Part shown: positions 1 through 8,508 of the stretch, piece by piece
Numbering within the stretch: position 1 is the stretch's first letter
Layout of the letters: each line of letters opens with the position of its first letter
Assembly: GCA_030699685.1 (NCBI GenBank)
Contig: JAUYLJ010000027.1
Coordinates: forward strand, 12,601-76,600
Origin: a bacterium
Lineage (GTDB): Bacteria > Patescibacteriota > Patescibacteriia > JAHIZJ01
DNA: 64,000 bases
Reading direction: 5' to 3'
Made by a program: the position numbers and the translations under genes
The notes under the pieces: model-generated
What the model was told of the DNA's origin: nothing
What the model saw: only the letters and a program-made list of their open reading frames with translations
The model's database searches: none

Positions 1-10
1 TAAAATCTGC

Positions 11-523
11 GTGTTTCAGTATTACAAAAAACTTTATAACCCTTTCTCCGGCTATGTTTTGGCCGGCGGCGGCGATGATACGGGAATTTACTATAGCGAT
101 CTTGGCGCGAGAAAATTCTGGTCATTGCTCAAAACGAGTCGGGACAAAATACGCCACGGCCAAGGGAAAGAGTTAATTTCAGGTTTTCACTCCCCCCTCT
201 CATACCAGTCGTACTATGACATGTGCAATCCTGATGGCGACTATAATTGTTTTCCTTTTTTGGAGGTTTTGAAAAATAAACAACTGTCAACCAAAAGGCT
301 GTTTCGGCATTATCAATCCATCGACATCCCAACCTTGGTGGTGTATGGGGGCAACGATGAATATTGTTACGATAATGTCCCAAAAGTCATGACCATACTC
401 AAAAACAAATGCCCGGCGCCGGAATTGTTCGTCTGGCGCGTCGTTCCTCAAGCTGATCACAGTTTTCACGGCCGCGAACGCGCCTTGGCCAATATAATTA
501 TCCGATGGATTCGAAAGATATGA
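11..523 (+). CDS. alpha/beta hydrolase (DUF1749-like), C-terminal part; gene begins before the window
   Basis: IDIPTLVVYGGNDEY (catalytic Asp) and ADHSF (catalytic His) motifs; frame is open to the window edge. Confidence 0.7.
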   Translation: MFQYYKKLYNPFSGYVLAGGGDDTGIYYSDLGARKFWSLLKTSRDKIRHGQGKELISGFHSPLSYQSYYDMCNPDGDYNCFPFLEVLKNKQLSTKRLFRHYQSIDIPTLVVYGGNDEYCYDNVPKVMTILKNKCPAPELFVWRVVPQADHSFHGRERALANIIIRWIRKI

Positions 524-1503
524 GATTAGAAAATCCAATATTCCAAACGGCTGATGTTACTGAAGAAGTTATCATTGAGCTTATCCAAAGTTCTCCACTT
601 CAGCGGTTGAAAGGCATCAACACCTCAGGATATCCTTTGCCTTTTGGAAAAAACATGACTCGTGACCGCTACAGCCACTCTATCGGCGTCTTCATGCTAT
701 TGCGGCAGTTCGGCGCTTCACTGGAAGAACAAATCGCCGGTTTAATTCATGACGTTTCACACTCAGCATTTTCTCACGCGATTGATTACGTGCTCGATGA
801 GGGATCGGGCGCCCACCAGCATCATCAAGATAACGTTCATGATGAGTTCGTCAGGAAATCAGAGATCGCCGATATCGTACGCCGGCACGGATTCAGCCTC
901 GATCGTTTGCTCAATGACGAAAATTTTCCACTGAAAGAAACGAAGCTGCCCGACCTGTGCGCCGATAGAATTGATTATTCGCTCAACGAAGCCCTCGAGT
1001 ATCTTAGTACGCCCGCAGAGACGATTCAAAAATTGCTCGACCGGCTAAAGGTCATCAACAGACAATGGGTATACGACAATCAGCCCGCGGCTCGACAGCA
1101 CGCGGAAATGTTTGCCGAACTCAACACAAAGCATTGGTCCGCGCTTACCGATGCCGCCGTATTCTACGCGGTGGGACAATACCTGCGCCATAGTTTGGAT
1201 AACAAATACATTGATCTTCATGACCTGTATACCACCGACAACGCTGTGCTGGAAAAAATAGCACCGCATCACAACGATGATAAAAAACTAGCGTTGCTAT
1301 GGGATCGAATGAATAACAAATACCGATACGTTAACGATCCGGATAACTATGAAGCAATCGTGGAAGTGAAATCTCGGGCGATTGACCCGCTCTTTGATGA
1401 CCGGGGAAGCATTCGCCGACTGTCGGACACCGATCCAAAATGGATGGATTTTGTCAGTAGGGAGCTTGTGCCAAAAAAATACTTTTTGAGATTTCTCGAA
1501 TGA
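520..1503 (+). CDS. HD-domain phosphohydrolase (YwfO/dNTPase-like)
   Basis: LQRLKGI, RYSHSIGV, LIHDVSH and ADRIDYS motifs; ATG at 520 forms an ATGA overlap with the upstream stop. Confidence 0.85.
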   Translation: MRLENPIFQTADVTEEVIIELIQSSPLQRLKGINTSGYPLPFGKNMTRDRYSHSIGVFMLLRQFGASLEEQIAGLIHDVSHSAFSHAIDYVLDEGSGAHQHHQDNVHDEFVRKSEIADIVRRHGFSLDRLLNDENFPLKETKLPDLCADRIDYSLNEALEYLSTPAETIQKLLDRLKVINRQWVYDNQPAARQHAEMFAELNTKHWSALTDAAVFYAVGQYLRHSLDNKYIDLHDLYTTDNAVLEKIAPHHNDDKKLALLWDRMNNKYRYVNDPDNYEAIVEVKSRAIDPLFDDRGSIRRLSDTDPKWMDFVSRELVPKKYFLRFLE

Positions 1504-2129
1504 TGCGCATTTACGAAAATTATTATGATATCATTGTTCTTCCTCCGAAAAAAGTCCAGGACAAACTCATCGCGTTGAGCGAAAAACTAACGGGAGGTAA
1601 AGGTCTTTGGCAGCTGGGCGAGCGCGAGTATATCCCTCATCTCTCCCTATATCATATTCCCGTCAAACCAACGGATTTTGAACAACTGGCACAAAAGACA
1701 CGGGACGTGATCAGCCGCGTCTCCTTTGGAGAAATTCGATGCCAAAAAGCGGAAAAATTCGACCCACACAACTCTGTCTTCATCACGACAAATAATCCTG
1801 ATTGGCTGGTGAAACTTCATCAGGAGATTATTCAAAAAACACTGCCACTCTTCGACTGGTCTTACGACGTCAAAGGTATTTGGCATGCCGAACAGTTCCC
1901 CGACGAGGCGAGAGCAAACTTTGATCGTTACGGCACGCCCATGGCCGGTTCCTACTTCCAGCCTCACTTCACGTTGACTATCTTTCCGGACCGGAACACA
2001 ATGACCGAACGCTATTCAACATTTTCTTTTGAACCCTTTGCTTTCCAAGCCGATGAGGTAGCCATCGGCCAGCTGGGCGATCATATTCAGATCGCTTCGG
2101 TCATAAAACGCTATCCGAAAAAACAGTAA
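1500..2129 (+). CDS. 2H phosphoesterase (2'-5' RNA ligase-like)
   Basis: Two Hx[S/T] motifs: PHLSL and PHFTL. Confidence 0.75.
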   Translation: MMRIYENYYDIIVLPPKKVQDKLIALSEKLTGGKGLWQLGEREYIPHLSLYHIPVKPTDFEQLAQKTRDVISRVSFGEIRCQKAEKFDPHNSVFITTNNPDWLVKLHQEIIQKTLPLFDWSYDVKGIWHAEQFPDEARANFDRYGTPMAGSYFQPHFTLTIFPDRNTMTERYSTFSFEPFAFQADEVAIGQLGDHIQIASVIKRYPKKQ

Positions 2130-2458
2130 TGAAGTTTTTTGATCAAGTAAAATTGCATACCAAAAAAATCCCCCGCGGCCGGGTAGCCAGTTATGGGCAA
2201 ATCGCGGCGATGATCAGCACGCCCCGGGCCGCTCGTATGGTCGGCTGGTGCCTCCACACCATGGACGGCTTATCCGACGTTCCTTGGCATCGAGTAATCA
2301 ACAGCAAAGGATACATCACCACAAACTGTGAAACGCACACTTCCAGTGTTCAAAAACAGCTTCTCGAACAGGAAGGCGTGAAATTTATAAAAAAAGACGG
2401 GCTTTGGTGGACAGACATGAAACGATACCAATGGCGGTCACGAGAATCAGAAGTGTGA
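2129..2458 (+). CDS. alkyltransferase-like protein (ATL/YbaZ, MGMT family)
   Basis: GRVASYGQIA and ARMVG motifs; PWHRV has Trp in place of the catalytic Cys of PCHRV. Confidence 0.9.
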   Translation: MKFFDQVKLHTKKIPRGRVASYGQIAAMISTPRAARMVGWCLHTMDGLSDVPWHRVINSKGYITTNCETHTSSVQKQLLEQEGVKFIKKDGLWWTDMKRYQWRSRESEV

Positions 2459-2580
2459 GCCGCTGCTGGAGATACGCGGGCCCAAAAAACCCTTGACTTT
2501 ATTATATGCTTAGGTAATCTGTATTGTCAGCTGGCCGAATGAAAGGTGGTACGTATTCGCTCTTTGCTTGAGGAGAAATA

Positions 2581-3309
2581 ATGAACAAAGAGATATCGTC
2601 TGCTCCAATGCACTGGCAAAAGCTTGCCCTCGAAAGATTTTGGACACTATTGGAGAGGACACAACCGCGGGTTGAGCGCCTCTTGCACGAACCCCTACTG
2701 TCGATGATCTTCTCGCTTTTTTCCGACGGTCTGTGGGGGTTGCTGAACGACGATGAACGAAGCCTGGTCAGCTTCGAACTGACCTGGGCGGCCAGTCGCC
2801 AGTCGAGATGGGGTCAGGCTGACAAAATCCGGCTCATCTTGCGAACGATGACCGAGACAGAAGAATCTCCCTGGCTTCAGAATCAACTATTTCTCTTTAC
2901 TCAGGCAGCGAGAGAAGAAGAGATAGAGTACCCACGCGATCAGATTCCACGCCAAATCTACGAGGGCATCATCGCACGTTTCAGTACGCTGTTGCTCCAG
3001 TCGCCAGATGAGCAAGATCCTATCGCGCTGTATGATTTTGCCGTCCGGATCAACCGATACACCCGGTCATGCCGGAAGATCTTTGGACAATATGACTGGA
3101 AAACCCAACATTGGTACGGCGAAAAGCAGCGCATTCTGATGAGCTTAATAAGGCATTTCCCTCATACGGTCCAATGCCAAACTGATGGCAATTCGCTCCT
3201 AATCATCCCAAGGAAATTTGGCCCCCGAATTGGTCTGCATATACCGCAACAATATCTACCCGCCGATCTCCGCCGAAAGCACTTTCCCCTTTCCAAACCC
3301 GTCTCGTAA
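2581..3309 (+). CDS. hypothetical protein, possible YkyB-like C-terminal domain
   Basis: 242-aa ORF with GAGGAG SD, upstream TTGACT..TAATCT promoter and downstream hairpin; C-terminal half resembles 23627-24223. Confidence 0.65.
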   Translation: MNKEISSAPMHWQKLALERFWTLLERTQPRVERLLHEPLLSMIFSLFSDGLWGLLNDDERSLVSFELTWAASRQSRWGQADKIRLILRTMTETEESPWLQNQLFLFTQAAREEEIEYPRDQIPRQIYEGIIARFSTLLLQSPDEQDPIALYDFAVRINRYTRSCRKIFGQYDWKTQHWYGEKQRILMSLIRHFPHTVQCQTDGNSLLIIPRKFGPRIGLHIPQQYLPADLRRKHFPLSKPVS

Positions 3310-3382
3310 GTCGGGTTTTTGTTTACTCTCCTGCTCCATACCGACTACTTGTCTTTTCAATAGGGTTGCTAAGCATTCCCGA

Positions 3383-6300
3383 TTACTGTGTTTTTGAATA
3401 CCGTTTTTTCAGCCGATTACCCAAAGACTTCCAAACCGAGTACAGTACCGGGATGGCGATAAGCGTGCCCACGGTCGAGAAAATGAGGCCGGAAATGATG
3501 CTTGTGCCTAATCCTCGCCAGAACGGGTCCAGGATAGTCAGTGGCAAAATACCGCCAATGGTCGTAATGGAGGTGGAGAAAATCGGCTTGAAGCGGGTGT
3601 GTCCTGTCCGGACCAACAGGTCGGCAAATGACGCTTCAGGCATTTCTTCCCGGTACCGGTTGTAGGTAGCGATAAAGACGATCGCGTCGTTGACCACGAT
3701 TCCAACCAGAGCAATCACTCCCAGCCCGGAAATCATGTTCAGAGAGCTGCCGACTAGGAGTAAACCAGGAAACACGCCAATCAGCGCCAGCGGAACCGCA
3801 AATAGGATCAGTCCCGGTTGGATGTAGGAATTGAACTGATAGACCAGGATGAGGTAGACCAGTAGCATGGCCAAAAGGAAGACAATCTGGAGATTGCCAT
3901 AGTCTTCGGAAAAAGTGGCGAACAACCCACCAAAGATAATTCCATCCTTAGCTAGACCTAGTTCGACCAGCTTTTCCTCGGTGTAACGATCGCGGATTTT
4001 CTTTTCGATCGCTGCCGGGTCGGTGTCATCATCAACCGAGATGTTTACCGCGGCTACTCGGGAGCCGTTCAGACGGGCCAGTGAAGCGAGTCTTTCAACT
4101 TCCGATATCTCCGCCACCGAGTTCAAATCTGTCGTGCCGCCGTTCAGCGTCGGAACCCGGAGGTTTTGGAGATCCTCAATCGAATCGGTCGACTCATCAG
4201 CAAACGCCAGCTCTACGTCATCCGACACTCCGTCATCACGTATGACGATTGAACCTATTTTTTGCGGTGAAAAAACGGCATTTACCGTCCCGGCCGCGGC
4301 CAGGGAATTGACATTTTGGCTGGCCAATCGGTCTTGATCGAGATCAACTTCCACGGCCACCTGCAAGTCCGTCACGAGCGTTTCTTCAGTCTCCACTACT
4401 CCTTCTTCGTTGGCAAGAAACTCCGTCAAATCCGTGGAGGCGCGCGCCAGCGCTTCAGGATTGAGACCGAGAAACTCGACAATAATGTCGAATTCCGACT
4501 CAGGCGGCCCATATCCCGCAGGTTCGGCCACGATCTCTATGTCGTTCGAAAAATTCATCCTAACGAAGTTTAGCCGTTCATCCAGCTCGTCGTTGATCTG
4601 ATTGATGGTGATACCATCTTTTCGATCCTGAGGTGGAGTAAAGGTTGCCCAAACCAAACCCTCGTAGGTAAACGCAGTCTGAAAATGCGGCAGATCCACC
4701 ACTTCGGCCAAGGTCTGACGGAAAATCTCTTTTTGCGTCTCCGTAGTTGTGCCAGTCGGTGTCCGCAGCGTCACGAGGATGGTATCGGAATCATTTGTCG
4801 GAAACTCTTCGAACTTGAGTTGCGGAGCGAAGATTCCTAAACTGCCAAAGAGTAAAATAGCCGTCACCGCGATCACGCCGAATTTCCGCCAGCCGCTGGC
4901 GTAGATTCCCGTCATGAAATGCCGATAACCGCGGCTGAGCCAGTCAATAAAATTCTGTCCATAGTGGACAATGGCCGGAAGGACTAGGGCTTTTTCCCAG
5001 CCCCGAATCCGTGAGGCTCTCCGTTCTTCGTACGTCTGTTGGCGCAGAAGCCATCGGCCGAGCAAAGGAGTAATTGTCACCGCTAAAAAGTACGATGACA
5101 ATAACATAATGATAATGGTGTAGGGGATGAACTTCATGAACTCTCCCACTATCCCGCCAATCGATGCAAAAGGAATAAACACCACCACGGTCGTCAACGT
5201 TGCCGCGGTCACAGCTGGACCAAGTTTCATGATTGATGTCAGCGCGGCCTCACGCCGCTTGGCGCCTTTTTCTACCTCATGCACCATGCCCTCGGCGATG
5301 ACGATGGCATTGTCCACCAGAATTCCAAGAGTCAGAATCATGGCGAAGAGCGTCAGAATGTTCAACGTGAAGTCCATGACCGCCAACATAAACAGAGTAA
5401 TCAGAAAAACCATCGGAATGATCAGGGCCACCACGACTGCCGCTCTGAAATTGATGAAAAATAGTAATACGATCAGAATAAGAATCAGCCCCAGTAAACC
5501 GTTATTAAGCAAGGTAGAAATCTGATCCGTGATGAATGGTGAAGTGTCGTAAAGCACTACCAGCTCCATCCCCTCCGGCAAAACCACGCTCTGAATTTCT
5601 TCCGTTGTTTCCCGAACGGCTTCTGAGATCTCAATAATATCGCCATCGGCTTTTTTCAAAACCAAGAAATAGACCGCCTCTTTCACCTCAGCCGTACCAT
5701 CTTTCACGTAGCCGCCAAAAGTCACGGAGCTACCGGTCGCCTCACGGTTGAATTCCGCCAAATCGCCGAGCGTCACCGGACCGAAAGAAGTGCGGCGCAG
5801 GTCATCCAGCGACTGGACCGGAGCCTGGATGATGATGGATTTTTCCTGTCCGCTTTCTGTTTCGACCATACCCCCAGGTAGCGAAGTCAGCTGTGACTGG
5901 ATGGTACTTTTGACTAGATCATATGATAGACCAGCTTGAACGACAGCCGAAGCGTCAAGAGTGATGGTGATAACAAACTCATTGCCAGGGACAATATCGA
6001 TTTTCTCAATACCCGGCGACGCGGCAAGCAGCCTGGAACGAACCTCACTGGCATAATCCAGCATTTGGTTGATAGTTTGATCCTCGGTCGAAACCAAACC
6101 GAGTGAAAGCGACGGACCGGTCGGGTCCAATACCTCCACGCTTGTCTCCGCGTCGCTTGGTAAACCGAGTTTGGCCACTTCGGTGCTTAAAGTCTCGGCC
6201 GCATTTTCTGTCTCGAGCACGTCCTCCATCTCCACCGTAACAAAAGCAAAACTGTTGCTGATATTGGATCGCAAAGATTTCACGCCAGCCAGTTCGTCCA

Positions 6301-6535
6301 CGGCTTGTTCAACCGGGATGATCACTTCCTGTTCAATATCGGCAGCCGATGCGCCGGGATAGACCGTCTGGACAAAAATAAAGTTTGTGGGAATTTGCGG
6401 AAAATCCTGGCGTTGGTTATTGCCTACGCCCCAAAGCCCAGCCACCAGAATGGCAATCAATATGATGATTGTCACCCTGTATTTATCAATAAAAAACCGA
6501 GACCAACGAACCAAAAACGAATCAGAGCTTCCCAT
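3383..6535 (-). CDS. RND-family efflux permease (AcrB/AcrD/AcrF)
   Basis: 1050 aa; YPGASAADIE, GILVDNAIV, GIVVNDAIV and TRFKPIF motifs; two TM blocks. Confidence 0.95.
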   Translation of the reverse strand: MGSSDSFLVRWSRFFIDKYRVTIIILIAILVAGLWGVGNNQRQDFPQIPTNFIFVQTVYPGASAADIEQEVIIPVEQAVDELAGVKSLRSNISNSFAFVTVEMEDVLETENAAETLSTEVAKLGLPSDAETSVEVLDPTGPSLSLGLVSTEDQTINQMLDYASEVRSRLLAASPGIEKIDIVPGNEFVITITLDASAVVQAGLSYDLVKSTIQSQLTSLPGGMVETESGQEKSIIIQAPVQSLDDLRRTSFGPVTLGDLAEFNREATGSSVTFGGYVKDGTAEVKEAVYFLVLKKADGDIIEISEAVRETTEEIQSVVLPEGMELVVLYDTSPFITDQISTLLNNGLLGLILILIVLLFFINFRAAVVVALIIPMVFLITLFMLAVMDFTLNILTLFAMILTLGILVDNAIVIAEGMVHEVEKGAKRREAALTSIMKLGPAVTAATLTTVVVFIPFASIGGIVGEFMKFIPYTIIIMLLSSYFLAVTITPLLGRWLLRQQTYEERRASRIRGWEKALVLPAIVHYGQNFIDWLSRGYRHFMTGIYASGWRKFGVIAVTAILLFGSLGIFAPQLKFEEFPTNDSDTILVTLRTPTGTTTETQKEIFRQTLAEVVDLPHFQTAFTYEGLVWATFTPPQDRKDGITINQINDELDERLNFVRMNFSNDIEIVAEPAGYGPPESEFDIIVEFLGLNPEALARASTDLTEFLANEEGVVETEETLVTDLQVAVEVDLDQDRLASQNVNSLAAAGTVNAVFSPQKIGSIVIRDDGVSDDVELAFADESTDSIEDLQNLRVPTLNGGTTDLNSVAEISEVERLASLARLNGSRVAAVNISVDDDTDPAAIEKKIRDRYTEEKLVELGLAKDGIIFGGLFATFSEDYGNLQIVFLLAMLLVYLILVYQFNSYIQPGLILFAVPLALIGVFPGLLLVGSSLNMISGLGVIALVGIVVNDAIVFIATYNRYREEMPEASFADLLVRTGHTRFKPIFSTSITTIGGILPLTILDPFWRGLGTSIISGLIFSTVGTLIAIPVLYSVWKSLGNRLKKRYSKTQ

Positions 6536-6625
6536 ATGCTTTATTATTCATTTAAATATCACCGATTTCCACCGGCTGATTTTTTACTATACTCCAGAGT
6601 TTTTTCCTCGTCAATCCGAGCCTTT

Positions 6626-6654
6626 TTGACAAAAAAACTGTTTTCATCCATACT
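6626..6654 (+). promoter_or_regulatory. sigma70 promoter of the small Cys-rich ORF
   Basis: TTGACA (6626-31), 17 nt, CATACT (6649-54). Confidence 0.7.
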
Positions 6655-6683
6655 CAAGCGGTTATTTCTTAAAATCTGCGTCA

Positions 6684-6731
6684 ATGTTTTTGGATCCTGA
6701 TTGCCCCTGTGGCGGCAGCTGCGGCTGCTAG
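6684..6731 (+). CDS. 15-aa Cys-rich micropeptide MFLDPDCPCGGSCGC (metallothionein-like)
   Basis: Hand-translated ATG..TAG ORF lying between a promoter and a terminator; 4 Cys in the last 9 residues. Confidence 0.55.
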   Translation: MFLDPDCPCGGSCGC

Positions 6732-6734
6732 CGT

Positions 6735-6766
6735 AAACGCCCCTTTCGTAGGGGCGTTTGTTTGTT
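6735..6766 (+). terminator. intrinsic terminator
   Basis: AAACGCCCCT-ttcgt-AGGGGCGTTT 10-bp stem followed by GTTTGTT. Confidence 0.75.
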
Positions 6767-6813
6767 CAGGGGTGTAATATTTTGACAAGTGAAATTTTTC
6801 GAGGTAGCTTGAA

Positions 6814-7527
6814 ATGGTGCCAACGCCTAAGCCATACATCATAGAGCATCGAATTCAAACGACACACAATGTGATCGTTTTTAATCTTGAGCCGCAAGAA
6901 GGCGACGTATTCGATTTCCGGCCCGGGCAGTTCGTTATGGTAGCGCTTTATGGACAGGACGGACAGCCCCTGCCAAAAGCCAAGCCCTACTCAGTCTGCA
7001 GCTCCCCGCTGAAAAAAAGCCAGCTGCAAATCGCTTTCAAAATACAAGGTGAGTTCACAAATACGCTGGCCCAACTCAAAGCCGGAGACCGCGTCGGCAT
7101 TTCCGGCCCCTTTGGCGTCTTCACCTACGATGAGAAAAAAATGACTGAGGCCGTATTTCTGGCCGGAGGCATCGGCATCACTCCTTTCGTCTCCATGTTC
7201 CGCTACGCTACGGGAAAACAGCTGTCAAACTCACTGACTCTTTTGTTCGCCAACCAAACACCCGAAGATATTGTTTTTCTGGAAGATTTGCAGCTACTGG
7301 ACAAACAAAACCCACATTTCACCGCTCACTTCGTGGTGGAACGTCCGGAAGCGGATTGGCAGGGAGAAACAGGCCGCGTCAACAAGGCGATGCTAGAAAA
7401 ATATTGCCAGCCAGTTATGGGAAAGTATTTCTTTGTTTGCGGGCCGGACGGCTTCATTATTGCCATGACCGAAATACTGAAAGGATTGAGTGTCGACGCC
7501 GAACACATCAAGGTAGAAAAATTTTAG
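6814..7527 (+). CDS. ferredoxin-NAD(P)+ reductase-family flavoprotein
   Basis: FRPGQFV, KPYSVCS, GPFG, AGGIGITP and VCGP motifs; TTGACA-17-TAGCTT promoter directly upstream. Confidence 0.9.
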   Translation: MVPTPKPYIIEHRIQTTHNVIVFNLEPQEGDVFDFRPGQFVMVALYGQDGQPLPKAKPYSVCSSPLKKSQLQIAFKIQGEFTNTLAQLKAGDRVGISGPFGVFTYDEKKMTEAVFLAGGIGITPFVSMFRYATGKQLSNSLTLLFANQTPEDIVFLEDLQLLDKQNPHFTAHFVVERPEADWQGETGRVNKAMLEKYCQPVMGKYFFVCGPDGFIIAMTEILKGLSVDAEHIKVEKF

Positions 7528-7533
7528 CAATAC

Positions 7534-7574
7534 AAAACAGCGCGGGCGCCGATTCGGCGCCCGCGTTTTTGTTT
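7534..7574. terminator. bidirectional terminator between convergent genes
   Basis: CGCGGGCGCCGA-T-TCGGCGCCCGCG stem with an A tract before and a T tract after. Confidence 0.8.
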
Positions 7575-7620
7575 CTTGATTGTGTCTTGGTTTTAGGACC
7601 AACGCGTTACTCCCAAAGGA

Positions 7621-8475
7621 TTATTGGAACTGCTTCATCAGCCGGCTGATGTCTTGCTTGGGTTTTTGTTTCAGAAGACTAGTTGTGGCTAACTGCGGCA
7701 TATGCGACTCGTATGTCGGGCGTTGTTCCTGATAGAACACCCCAATCGCTATATTTTCCCAATCGCCTGATCTGACGTACGCCGCTTGCCGATCATTTGG
7801 CGACCATTTCTCATCTTCGAGCTTGTGGAGTTTTGGTTTGTAGCGCTCACGGATGTTCTCATCGTCAAAAAATATCACGCAGGGTTGGATGACTTCCACC
7901 ACGGCAAAACCCGGATGCGCGATCGCCTTTTCGTACAGTGCTTTGAGATGGGTCACTTCATCAGAATATCCGCGGGCGACAAAGGTGGCTCCGGCCGTCA
8001 GCGCCAGCTGCAAGGCGTTGAGAGGTTCATCAATCGCCCCGCTTAAAGCTGTCTTTGTTTTCTGGCCTGGTTTGGTGGTCGGCGAAGTCTGTCCCGTGGT
8101 TAAACTGTAACGTTCGTTATTATGAATGATAAAGGTCATGTTCACGTTGCGCCGGCTGGCGTGGAGAAAATGATTACCCCCCTCTCCCAAGCCTCCACCA
8201 TCACCGGCAATCGCCACCACCGTCAAATCATGATTGGCAAACTTGACTGCCGTGGCTACGGGTAGCGCTCGACCATGCAAAGAGTGAAAGCCATAAACAT
8301 TGTGCCAATTAGCTCCATTGCCACAACAACCGATGTCAAAGCTCATAAACACTTGATGCGGCTCCAGCCCCAGTGACACATAGGCCTGAGCCAACGCCGT
8401 CCACATACCGAAATTACCACAGCCCGGACACCAGGTCGGTTTGATATCGGTTAAGAAGTCTTTCTGGATAGCCAT
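7621..8475 (-). CDS. 2-oxoacid:ferredoxin oxidoreductase beta subunit
   Basis: WCPGCG, HGRALP, GDG TPP motif, YSLTTGQTSPT. Confidence 0.95.
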   Translation of the reverse strand: MAIQKDFLTDIKPTWCPGCGNFGMWTALAQAYVSLGLEPHQVFMSFDIGCCGNGANWHNVYGFHSLHGRALPVATAVKFANHDLTVVAIAGDGGGLGEGGNHFLHASRRNVNMTFIIHNNERYSLTTGQTSPTTKPGQKTKTALSGAIDEPLNALQLALTAGATFVARGYSDEVTHLKALYEKAIAHPGFAVVEVIQPCVIFFDDENIRERYKPKLHKLEDEKWSPNDRQAAYVRSGDWENIAIGVFYQEQRPTYESHMPQLATTSLLKQKPKQDISRLMKQFQ

Positions 8476-8508
8476 TCAATTCAGAATTAAAAATACACAA
8501 TGAAAAAA

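Noticed and set aside
3383-6535. Orphan RND pump as a novel system
   Set aside because: RND permeases lacking adjacent MFP/TolC genes are ordinary in bacteria without an outer membrane
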